Shown here: positions 1-10,214 of the stretch, piece after piece
Layout of the letters: the number at the start of each line of letters is the position of its first letter
Numbering within the stretch: the first letter of the stretch is position 1
Source of the DNA: Octopus vulgaris
Taxonomy: Eukaryota
NCBI GenBank assembly: GCA_951406725.2
Contig: OX597831.1
Span: 61,628,001-61,692,000, forward strand
Reading direction: 5' to 3'
Length of the DNA: 64,000 bases
The notes under the pieces: model-generated
What the model saw: only the letters and a program-made list of their open reading frames with translations
Told to the model about the DNA's origin: nothing
Database searches by the model: none
Made by a program: the position numbers and the translations under genes

Positions 1-289
1 ATGACTCATTTCTAATTTTGCCATCAGAACCTTTACAACACAATATCTCAAAGAAACTATATGAAAGATTGTTAATCACTTTTGTCACATGAATTCATTA
101 CTCCCCTTTCAGTATTTGAACCCATGATAAATGAAGTACTCACTCCATCAAAAGTAATGTCCCCACCACAAGGAATTAAATGTTGTCATTTAACAAAACT
201 GTTGTAAACAATTGAGACAGCATTCATTCATCTATGATTAAAAATGCTTTGTCAAAGAGATGAAAGGAAACCACTGGACATGGCTAGGT

Positions 290-1300
290 TCCTCTTTCAT
301 GTCTCTGAAGATGACCGTGTTATCAGCTTTGTATTTTGTAGGTCCTGAGGTGGCTTATTAGGCCTATTTTAGCATGAAATCCACAGTTACAGTGATTGCA
401 TGTAATAGTAGAGCCAGGACATGATTTCTGTGCAACTCTCTCATTTAACTTTTCTAGTCACATCAAATCCAGAGTGCTGTACTCCAGAATACAGAGCAAA
501 ATTCCACAGTGTGTTATCATGAGCAAGATGTTCCCAAGTAGACTACTCTTCATTGCTCTTTTGTCAAACTGTCTTGAAGGTGTCTTTGTATTTCTTCCTT
601 GGTCCGCCACATAACAGAGAACATACTGCTGGTTCACCAAAAAAGACGTGTTGGAGGAGTCTGGAATTGGACATGGATGCTATATTTCCATTTTACCATA
701 ACTGAAATTTGCATTGGAAAATAGAATCTTGACATATTAGATCTCACAAGCACTGTTGTATTTTTTTTTGGCACGTCTATGATACATTGTCCAGGTTTCA
801 CAATCATAAAATAGTGTAGTCACCAGAACTTTGTATATGCCAAGCTTTGTTTTTATAGTCAGATCAGGTCTTTTCCTTTTCTTTTATGAAGATGCACAAT
901 GCTAACACCTTTGAAATTTTGTGGAATTAGTTCATGTGTCATCATTGTAGTAAATAGAGTGAGTAGTTTTACCGGTATTGTCTGTTCACCATGTTTTCAA
1001 ATCTCAAAAGAAATTGCTTGGGGACTTTATGATTGGCTAGTCCTTTTGATAGCCAATTGAATTTCCACAAGTGTAAGTAGGTCACTCAGTTGATAGTTAG
1101 TGGGCACCTGAGGTAGCTAGTTTATTGCCTTTACATTTATCTGTGAGGGGTAGAAACAGTTCTTTGTTTTTCTTGACACTATTTATTCAACTTACATAAA
1201 ATCAAAGGAACCATTTCTGCAGCACGGCTCATTGTGATCAAGTTTATGTGGAAACACCATGAACGATAAATCAATATATGCTCCTTGGACAATACTGTCG
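290..1300 (-). mobile_element. RTE-clade LINE relic (3' end present, RT core internally deleted)
   Basis: Minus-strand translation gives RTE ORF motifs with stops and frameshifts: LLTLFTTMMTHELIPQNFKGVSIVHLHKRKGK, TKLGIYKVLVTTLFYDCETWTMY, GGPRKKYKDTFK, STWEHLAHD, and the C-terminal zinc finger TCNHCNCGFHAKIGLISHLRT followed by a stop near 320. Confidence 0.85.
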
Positions 1301-1386
1301 GTATCATTGAACTACATTTTGTGATTCAGAAAAAAATATTTATTTTTGTCATAAATTGTTTAGAGTTTTCTGTACAAGTATAAATA

Positions 1387-1535
1387 AGAGGGGCGTTCAA
1401 TAAGCATTGCCTCTGACCCACTTCCCATAGCAGTAGAGCAACAAGACTTGGCACAGTTATTAGTCTTTTTCTACATAGGAACCACTCAGAGTTACGCATT
1501 TCTCCCATCTTTTGATGCAGCTCTGGAGACCGTAT
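1387..1535 (-). mobile_element. Mariner 3'-end fragment with TIR
   Basis: TA followed by GAGGGGCGTTCAATAAG is a mariner-type TIR. The minus strand encodes the transposase C-terminus GLQSCIKRWEKCVTLSGSYVEKD*. Confidence 0.75.
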
Positions 1536-1999
1536 TTGTTTTCAATGGATGAAATTTTTATGTTCATCATTCTTGTTTTATGGCACCCAGGCCTCTAAAG
1601 CATTAAATATGAGAGTTAAAAAATGAAAAATAAACGTTTGGCTTCATTCTCAGGAAACTCTTGGGGTTCACATTATTTTATTTTGTACTTTCATTTCCTG
1701 GGAATGATGAGTTTCAGGGAACTGAGAAATCCTATTATACAAACACACATGCATTCAGACAGTGTGCATATATTCAACTTACAGCACCAGCGAATGATCA
1801 TACACACATACACATTGAAAGGTCACACAGAAAAATCAAATGAAACACATATTTCTAAAGCAGTTATGAAGATAGACATGCATACTTATATATATGAAAT
1901 ACACGGGATGATAGTGTTTAAAACACAAACAAAAATCGGAGGCTACACCCAAAAGAAGATTATTCAGCTGATTAGCAAAAATTCAATCACCAATACATA

Positions 2000-2245
2000 A
2001 ATCCTTAAATCCTTAAAAATGATTCAGCCCGAAGGCTGCGGCCATGCTGGGGCACCACCGTTGAATGAGCTACACTAGCATGTGAACCCAGCTGATACGT
2101 GGCACCTGGTCAACAAGGGAGTTTGATGCCACTGCCCGCATCTGTGTCTCCTGCCGAGAGGTACATTCATCTGGAACCCCCGACAAGAAGAGATCCAGTT
2201 TAGTTTTAAAGAAACCCACATCCACACCATGCAAGTCTCTCAGGC
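2000..2245 (-). mobile_element. 5'-truncated CR1-group LINE 3' end
   Basis: The minus strand encodes LRDLHGVDVGFFKTKLDLFLSGVPDE...RAVASNSLVDQ*, a typical CR1-group ORF2 end. It is followed by GGTGCCCCAGCATGGCCGCAGCCTTCGGGCTGAA and a (TTTAAGGA)n tail. Confidence 0.8.
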
Positions 2246-2940
2246 ATTTAGCTCATGAGTATGTGGCTCCTTCTCTTTGCCCTCTCAGTCAATACGAAAA
2301 TGGCCCCTGCTCTTCTCAACTGGCTAGCTATATATACTCTCCACATAGTCTACCAAAATCACCTGACTCTTCTTTCATAAACTGCATCTGGTCACACCTC
2401 TTAAAATATATATCTAATATTTCACTCAGTCTTTTCTTCCCAGAATGAAATTATAGCTCTCTTGGAGGTCTTGTATACACACATACAAACTTCCTTTGCA
2501 AATAATGGGTTGCACATGTTCAAACCATGCATAAACTGCATCACTCCCACAACTGATGTAGAGTCAGCAAATGTTAGAAGCATTGTCCCTTCTTTTGTAA
2601 CTAACTTAGAAATAAAAAGACTACTTTTGTAGTATTCAGCCTGAATACTCAGATTTCTACTTTTAGAAAAAATTCATTCAACAAAAACTGGCTGAAATCT
2701 ACATATAAGATCGTAAATATTTTGTATTTCAGATAATTTCATATCATATGAACCTTTATAGAGTTGCTTTACTAACTGGAAACTGCAGCAGAATCTCACT
2801 CAAGTCAGACTATCTCCTTAAAAATAGGGAATATGGATCATCTTGGATATACTATCGGTGAAAAATATCAAGTTGTATGGTCATAGCTGAAGTGTTTTTT
2901 CTCATAGGGCCATTCACTCAAGGCTACCTTTGAGTTATAC

Positions 2941-3289
2941 CAGAGGTTCTCAACCATCTATTATCTATGGACCCCTTTGATTACTATTTTATTCTGGTTG
3001 ACCGTAATTGTCATTTGATATTTAAAAATTGGTTTTATAGAAACTTCTTTCAAAATTTCTATTTTGTTTTATACACATTCACGCATGTAGGTTGAACTAT
3101 GTAAAATATTAGAGAAAGAAATCTAGTTGTTTCTTGTAAGACATACAAGTACCTACATCTAACAAAATTTTTTTTCTGAGTCCCTTTGAATACTATTGCG
3201 GATCCTCAATTTACTATTTTGTTGCATGAACCCTACAAAATCTTATATGGATCCTCAGAGACCATATGGACCCTGGTTAAGAACTACTG
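2941..3289. mobile_element. hAT (Charlie-like) MITE
   Basis: TIRs CAGAGGTTCTCAACC / GGTTAAGAACTACTG, a degenerate 8-bp TSD and subterminal GGACCC-like repeats. A second copy starts at 29510. Confidence 0.75.
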
Positions 3290-3319
3290 GGTGAGACAAT
3301 AGAAAGGGTAAAAAGTAGA

Positions 3320-3600
3320 AACCTCCTTCAGTCATGAACCCCCTTCAGTCATGCCCATTGGATTGTGCCAAGAAAGTTACCCTCCAAGGTACAAGTCTAG
3401 GCAAGTTTGTTTCTGGAAGGCCAGTAGTTGCTCATGCATACCGGCTTCCTCTCTCCACATCACCAATGTTATCCAAGGGGAAAGCAAAGGCCAATACAAC
3501 TTGGCACCAGTAATGTCGCAACACATTTCAGCAACAGAGGGAACGGAAGCAACATGTCCGGGAATTGAATTCTCTACCTCATGGTTGCGAGCCTGAAAAT
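3320..3600 (-). mobile_element. Diverged tRNA-derived SINE (distinct 3' tail)
   Basis: B-box-like head remnant near 3560-3597 on the minus strand. The body resembles the family at 24700 but the tail differs. Confidence 0.55.
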
Positions 3601-3648
3601 AACATGTGTTATTATTCAAACATAAGCAACTCCATTTGTCTGTTTCAT

Positions 3649-3866
3649 ACTCTTTTACTCTTTTACTTGTTTCAGTCATGTGACTGTGGCCATGCTAGAG
3701 CACCGCCTTTAGTCGAGCAAATCGACCCCAGGACTTATTCTTTGTAAGCCTAGTACTTATTTTATCGGTCTCTTTTTTGCTGAACCGCTAAGTTACGGGG
3801 ACGTAAACACACCAGCATCGGTTGTCAAGCGATGTTGGGGGGACAAAGACAGACACGCAAACATGC

Positions 3867-3897
<31 letters not shown>

Positions 3898-4074
3898 AAT
3901 ATATACATATATACGATGGGCTTCTTTCAGTTTCCGTCTACGAAATCCACTCACAAGGCTTTGGTTGGCCCAAGGTTATAGTAGAAGACACTTACCCAAG
4001 GTGCCAGGCAGTGGAACTGAACCCGGAACCATGTGGTTGGTAGACAAGTTACTTACCATGCAGCCACTCCTGCG

Positions 4075-4124
<50 letters not shown>

Positions 4125-4298
4125 TATATATACATATATACGATGGGCTTCTTTCAGTTTCCATCTACGAAATCCACTCACAAGGCTTTGGTCGGCCCGA
4201 GGCTATAAGTAGAAGACACTTATCCAAGGTGCCATGCAGTGGGACTGAACCCGGAACCATGTGGTTCATAAGCAAGCTACTTACCACACAGCCACTCC
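3649..4298 (-). mobile_element. SINE family A copy (3649-4076) plus an adjacent second head half (4131-4298)
   Basis: tRNA-like head with A/B boxes (TGGCTGTGTGGTAAG...GGTTCAGTCCC), CORE-like CCTTGGGCAAGTGTCTTCT, internal (TA)n and an (AGTAAAAG)n tail. About 16 similar copies occur in the window. Confidence 0.9.
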
Positions 4299-5265
4299 TA
4301 TAATGCAAACATTATATATATTCTATGTGCAACAGTACATTATAGTTAGCATGTACATGAATGTTTGAAATTCCGCATGCAAAACAGAAACCATAGAAGA
4401 AATAAATCTTAATAGAAAACTTGCATAAAATACTTGCAAATACATCTCACTTGAATTATCCCCAACAAGAAAGGGCATTAAGCTGGTACAATTAATAGTG
4501 CCCTGGAAAAATACTCAGCAACATTTCTTTTTCTGCCTTCAAATCCTGACAACAACAGCTTTTTCTTTACACCCTTTCAAGGTTAATAAAATAAAGTAAC
4601 TATTAGATACCGGGGTCATGTAATTCTGTGCCAAAATTTTGAAACAATTATTACCTGCGAGCAATCCCAACAAAATGCATTTATGCATAAAAGAGAAAAG
4701 CAAGCGTCATTTGACAATAAATACAAGCAAATCACTATTAAATTATACATGGAGATATCAAGCCATTTTAAGAGCATGTCCTTGAAATGTTACTTTCTAT
4801 GAAGTATTACAAGGTAACCAAAATAATCCAGAACAACGTGTAAAAATCCTGAAAAAATCTCATCACTCTAAAGATAAATATACCAGTAGAATTGGGTGTC
4901 AGTATTGTTGTTGGAACATAAAAACATAAACAAGGAATAAACTCAAGCATAACCAGTCTGACATCATTAATGGGATCACAAAATAAAATTAGACTTTGTT
5001 CTGGATATCAACTGGTTAGGGAAACAACAAAGATGTTTTATGAATTATATATATTCTATGTGCAACAGTACATTATAGTTAGCAAGTAATTGCTTGCATG
5101 TATGCAGCCTAGCAGGAACAAGCACTTGGTATGCAGTAAGTGAAGAAAAAATACAAAAAAAAGAAATGGCAGATTCCTAAGTGGTTTCTCTTAGAATTTT
5201 TAGTGCAAACATTGTATATGTGAATATGCAAGAGGGTGTGCATGCATGTGCAAGTGTTTGTGTTA

Positions 5266-5370
5266 CAGAGAGAGAGAGAGAAAGAAAGATGGAGAGAGAG
5301 AGAGAGAAAGATGGAGAGAGTAAGAGAGAGAGAGAGAGACAGATGGAGAGAGTAAGAGAGAGAGAGACAG
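5266..5370 (+). repeat. (GA)n-rich microsatellite
   Basis: Direct reading of the sequence. Confidence 0.95.
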
Positions 5371-5662
5371 AAGAGGAAATTGAAGGAAAAGCTGAGAATT
5401 TGTGCTTATGCATGAATGTCTAAAACCATGTGTTTTTGTGCATGTTCTATAGCTCTTGTGAGATTCTCTGCATTTTAACAACCAAATAAGTAAGTAAATA
5501 AAAAAAAAATATATATATATATTGATAGAGTGTAAAACTTCTCTCATCTTTTCAACCTGAAATTGTGCAAAATTTCTACCACGTTCTTCAAAAGGTGGGA
5601 AAAAAAAAAAAAAAAGAATAAGAAAACGTTCCCACTGCAGTTTTTAGAGCTATGGAGTTAAT

Positions 5663-5977
5663 TCACAACACCCATTTATTTTTAGGTTTGGGAGATATTT
5701 CTGAGAAATATACATTTTTAGGAAATAGAAACAACTGATTAAATCTGTCTACAGCATGCCAAAATGGAGAAACTGTCAGAAAATTGCCGATGATGGTCAT
5801 TATACTGAAGGCTAAAAAAATGACGATTATGATGATAATGATGAGTTTTAATATATTTGACAACCATATTCTTCCTAGGTTTTGATACGGTAGAAAGTAT
5901 TTTGCAACTCTTTCAAGATAATCATCATTTCTATCTTTTATTAAATTCCAAAGATATCTTCGTTTTGGTTTCCACAT
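5663..5977 (-). CDS. Candidate first coding exon of a type II membrane protein (unverified)
   Basis: 104-aa ATG ORF in non-repetitive, CpG-retaining DNA with a basic N-terminus and one hydrophobic helix (ILKLIIIIIIVIFLAFSIMTII). An upstream acceptor (TTTTCCTTTGAAG, exon start 5988) and a consensus donor (AG|GTGAGT at 6115/6114) are present. No homolog recognised. Confidence 0.3.
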   Translation of the reverse strand: MWKPKRRYLWNLIKDRNDDYLERVAKYFLPYQNLGRIWLSNILKLIIIIIIVIFLAFSIMTIIGNFLTVSPFWHAVDRFNQLFLFPKNVYFSEISPKPKNKWVL

Positions 5978-6114
5978 TAAATTCCTATCTTCAAAGGAAA
6001 AAGTTTTTCTACTGTAGTTCCTAATATTAGCGGCTGCTTATTTCACTGTGACTATCGGAGATGGTTTTTCTAGCCCGCTCACTACTATGTGTAGCATCGA
6101 TCACTGATACTCAC

Positions 6115-6216
6115 CTATTCAAAGCAGCACTAATGGTAACATAATCTCAGCACACATGTATTTGCTCCAGCTGATGACTTTTACCATTTTTAGACATCCG
6201 TATCTTCATCTCATTT
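6115..6216 (-). other. Candidate non-coding (5' UTR) exon
   Basis: Acceptor TTTTTTGTCATGCTAAATCAG and perfect donor AG|GTGAGTA. Stops occur in all three frames. Confidence 0.3.
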
Positions 6217-6865
6217 CTGATTTAGCATGACAAAAAATATAATATCTATCTATATTGAGAAAGGGCGCTGATAATACACAGTTTAAATCATGTGAAATCC
6301 TGTCCTTTGACAAACGAAGGTTATTATTCTGCTTGATCTCTCACTCTAAATGGAAACTAAACAGAAGCTATCAATTTATTATAAAATGTTTGTTGTTTGC
6401 CACGGTTTCCAGATATGAATAACTTTTCTTAAAGATTACATACAATTTGTATATCTTTCTGATACGAAACAGCTAAGAGGTATAAAATTTGTTTTCTCGT
6501 GAAATTGCTACTTCATTTATTAGAAGAAATTTGACATTATTTTCAGTATTGAGTCCTACATCTGTACATCTGTAAATATGCTTTTGTTATGCTTCAGCTT
6601 ACTTCAAAAATATATCTTTTATCTCTTGTTTCAGTCACTGGACTGTGGCCATGCTAGAGTACCACCCTGAAGGGTATTAGTTAATCAAATTGACTCCAGT
6701 ACTTATTTTTTTTTAAAGCCTGGTGCTTATTCTTTCAGTCTTTTTTGCTAAATCACTAAGTTATGGAGATGTAAACAAACTAACACTGGTTGTCAAGCAG
6801 TGGTCAAACTCAGGCAACACACACACACACACACATATGGATATATATGTATATATGTGCGTGTC

Positions 6866-6943
<78 letters not shown>

Positions 6944-7112
6944 TTAGGGAATAAATCCAAATTTACAGGGAAAAAAATCAGATTTAGGATTAAATCCAAT
7001 TTTATAGTAAAATATTATATAATATTAATTAGAGACAAAACCACTATTTTGCAAAACAAACAAGGAAAGACTTAATCAATACATAAAATTTTAATAAAAA
7101 GTAAAAAAACCG

Positions 7113-7155
7113 CCACTACAATTGTTTCATGTCTTCAATGACAATCTTCAGGTGG
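7113..7155 (-). ncRNA. Minimal type I hammerhead ribozyme motif (mirror copy)
   Basis: Exact reverse complement of 7217-7259. Confidence 0.75.
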
Positions 7156-7216
7156 ATTTCCGATTTTCAAATCAGTTTCAATTTATGAAATTGAAACTGA
7201 TTTGAAAATCGGAAAT

Positions 7217-7259
7217 CCACCTGAAGATTGTCATTGAAGACATGAAACAATTGTAGTGG
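7217..7259 (+). ncRNA. Minimal type I hammerhead ribozyme motif
   Basis: CCAC-CTGAAGA-t-TGTC-attgaa-GACA-t-GAAA-CAATTG-TA-GTGG. Stem I is CCAC/GTGG, the core is CUGANGA + GAAA, stem III is palindromic, and the triplet is GUA (predicted cut after 7255). Confidence 0.75.
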
Positions 7260-7369
7260 CGGTTTTTTTACTTTTTATTAAAATTTTATGTATTGATTAA
7301 GTCTTTCCTTGTTTGTTTTGCAAAATAGTGGTTTTGTCTCTAATTAATATTATATATATATATATATAT

Positions 7370-7614
7370 AATCATATCAATGGGAAATGGACATTAATTA
7401 AAATTTATATTTCCAGTGGTTTAACGTGTAAAAAATTTAGTCAAAAAGACTATATATTAGTCATACGATATAGTGTATATTTAAACACATAAGGAATCCA
7501 CTTATAGGAATTCAACACGCTAGAAAGAACAGCTAGAATAACCTAGCTGTTCTTTCTAGCATGTTGAATTCCTATAAGTGGATTCCTTATGTGTTCAAAT
7601 ATACACTATATCGT
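7370..7614. mobile_element. Second fold-back element (probable PLE pseudo-LTR fragment)
   Basis: 72-bp arms at 7465-7536 / 7543-7614 with a 6-nt loop and a one-sided extension. The same family recurs at 20460-20800. Confidence 0.7.
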
Positions 7615-8593
7615 GTATATAACGCCAACCACTCCGAGAGTGTAGTGGGTGCTTTTTACGTGCCACCAGCATGGGGGCCAGTCAGGCGGTACTGGCAACA
7701 ACCGTTTCTGCCAGCTCCTGCCTATATATGAGGGTGGGCTAAAAAGTTCATAGGCTGACTATGGAGGAGAGATACTCGAGCTGCAAAACCTTGTATGCAT
7801 TAATTTCAGTCCTTATTATTAATAACTATGTTGTTTCTTTACAGGTAAACTGACATCTGACTATTCAAAGAATGGGCTTCTCTTAGTTTTTGTCTACCAA
7901 ATCCACTTACAAGATTTTGGTTGGCTTGAAGCTAAGGTAGAAGACACTTGCCCAAAGTGCCAGGCAATGGGATTGAACCTGGAGCCATGTAGTTGGCAAT
8001 CAAACTACTTATTCACACAGTTATGCCTGTGCCTTCACACCTTTCATAAAGCAGAGAACCATTAACAGTTACTGGCTCAAATAAAGATGTAGCCTGCTGA
8101 ATTCCATTCTAGATGAGACAATAACAGGTTGAATAAGCTGTCAGGTAAAACTTAAAGTCACAGTCAATACAAGTTTTAATAATTATATTACCATAGATAA
8201 CAATATGATATCAAAGAATAACATAATACAAAAGCAGTGTGATTTATTCTCTTGTGTGACCAAAAGCCATATTTTTGTTATTACATTGCATCCCTGACTT
8301 AAATGCATTAATGTCACTTATTTTAGTCAGACTTGCTAACAAAATATTCCTTTCTACTGCATGGTAACATGGAGAACAAGAGCAAAACCATTTCAGTAAA
8401 ATATTGATTTCTAAAGAAAGAGCAAGGTTTTATATTTGATGGATAAGTTATAATGAAACCACCCACTTTCCACTAGTAACAAATTGATTCTTATTTTACC
8501 AACTCCTGACAAATGAAAGACAAAGTTGAACTTGGCAAGAATTGAATACAGACTTTAAAAGAATGTAACTAAATGTCATTGAAAAAATTTTCT

Positions 8594-9000
8594 TTGGCAC
8601 TTGTGCATGTGCTAGTAGGGTGCCAATCTGAGCATGATCGTTGCCAGAGCAGCCAACTGGCTTTCGTACCCCTGGCATGTAAAAGGGCACCATTCGAGCG
8701 TGATCATTACCAATGTCGCTTCACTGGCACCTGTGCTGGTGGCATGTGTAAAAAGATTCGAACAAGGTCATTGCCAGTACTGCCTGACTGGCCCCCATGC
8801 TGGTGGCATGTAAAAAGCACCCACTACACTCTCGGAGTGGTTGGCGTTAGGAAGGGCATCCAGCTGTAGAAACTCTGCCAGATCAAGATTGGAGGCTGGT
8901 GCAGCCATCTAGTTTGCCAGCCCTCAGTCAAAATCGTCCAACCCATGCTAGCATGGAAAGCAGACGTTAAACGATGATGATGATGATGATGATGATGATG
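8594..9000 (+). mobile_element. RTE-type 3' UTR / RTE-tailed repeat with (GAT)n tail
   Basis: Internal GGTGGCACGTAAAAAGCAC-type repeats and the tail TCCAACCCATGCTAGCATGGAAAGCAGACGTTAAAC(GAT)n. Other copies at 36318, 49451 and 29260. Confidence 0.8.
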
Positions 9001-9219
9001 CTCTCCTGACTCTGTCAATCCAGCTAGTTTATTCAAAATACTAATAATTGCAATAACCATTTAATGTTAAGATTTGTAAAATGACTGTTTAATGACTGAA
9101 ACAAATAAAAGATTAAAGACTAAAGTTAACATCGGATAAAGAAATGCTGAATAAGCTGTTGTTTAACTCCTAATGATCTTTGATCCAACATCAGGGACTC
9201 TGCTGTCAAATGTCTCATC

Positions 9220-9545
9220 TAATCGCATCCCTTTTGTCCATTTATTCTGAAGATAATCGGAGGGGCAGAGTTTTCTAGCCCACCTTCCATTGGATCCTGT
9301 CAAATGCAAATATCTTCAATTAATTCGGCTGGATCCTCAAGTAAGACTAACCAATCCCATAGATGCTATCCAGCCATCTTGATTGTGGTCTACACTTGGG
9401 TCTCCAGCTAGTTGGTTTTGACTGCAAAATCTGTCCAGTACTTCTTTCCTGAGACCTCCTTACCACATGTCCATAGTAATGGAGCTGTGGTTTCTCAATT
9501 TGGAGAAGCAACAGCTCTACATGGAGTACCTCTCTGATCTCTCAT
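9220..9545 (-). mobile_element. RTE (Expander/Rex3-like) LINE 3' fragment
   Basis: The minus strand reads LLQIEKPQLHYYGHVVRRSQER...RPKCRPQSRWLDSI, which matches the RTE C-terminal pattern QLRWFGHV..M...GRPR.RW.D. Confidence 0.75.
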
Positions 9546-9631
9546 TTACTCACTTTATCAAATGACATTACTGTCAAAATGTGTCCTTCTTTATTTAAGA
9601 TATTCTTAGAGATTATATGTTCTCATTGTGT

Positions 9632-9935
9632 GGAGGCACATGGCCTAGTGGTTAGAGCAGCAGACTTGCAGTTGAGGGATTGCGGGTTCGAATCTCAGAC
9701 CGGGTGATGTGTGTGTTTATGAAGGAAACACCTAAGCTCCACGTGGCTCCGGCAGAAGATAATGGCGTAACTTCGGCTGACTCTTTCGTCACAACTTTCT
9801 CTCACTCTTTCCTCCTGCATCTTGCAGCTCACCTGCGATGGACCGGCGTCCCATCCAGGTGGGGAACCTATATGCCAAGAAACCAGGAAATCGGCCCTTA
9901 TGAGCCAGGCATGGCTCGAGAAAGAACAAACAACA
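9632..9935 (+). mobile_element. SINE family D
   Basis: tRNA head TGGCCTAGTGGTTAGAG...GGTTCGAATC; 13-bp TSD ATATGTTCTCATT (9615-9627 / 9936-9948). Confidence 0.9.
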
Positions 9936-10214
9936 ATATGTTCTCATTCTAGAAATTGCCTTTATGTAAATCAATGAAGATGCTTCAATTATGATTGCTT
10001 AAAAAAGGCAAATCTCCTTCAAAACTCACTCTCTATTATTAGAAAATAAAACAAAACATCTTGGACAAAGTATTACTAGATATAAAAAAGAACCCAATGG
10101 CCATGGATGTCTGGAAATCTTTTATTGATAGTCCTGCTCAAGTGAGACTATTAGGATTATTTTCCTTATATCCTTATTTATTTAATAGTTAAACAAGACT
10201 TTACCTCAATAGTT

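Larger units (their letters stand above)
6940..7356. mobile_element. Penelope-like pseudo-LTR fold-back insertion (perfect palindrome) in (TA)n
   Basis: Arms 7016-7184 and 7188-7356 are reverse complements around a 3-nt loop (ATG). There is a one-sided extension at 6940-7015, and each arm has a hammerhead core. Confidence 0.85.
6617..8033 (-). mobile_element. SINE family A copy split by about 1 kb of insertions in its internal microsatellite
   Basis: Tail half at 6617-6815 and head half at 7873-8033. The interval holds (TA)n, two fold-back elements and locally copied DNA. Confidence 0.85.

Noticed and set aside
9632-9705. tRNA gene calls for SINE heads
   Set aside because: A/B boxes are present, but the heads continue into SINE bodies with TSDs and lack a complete cloverleaf.
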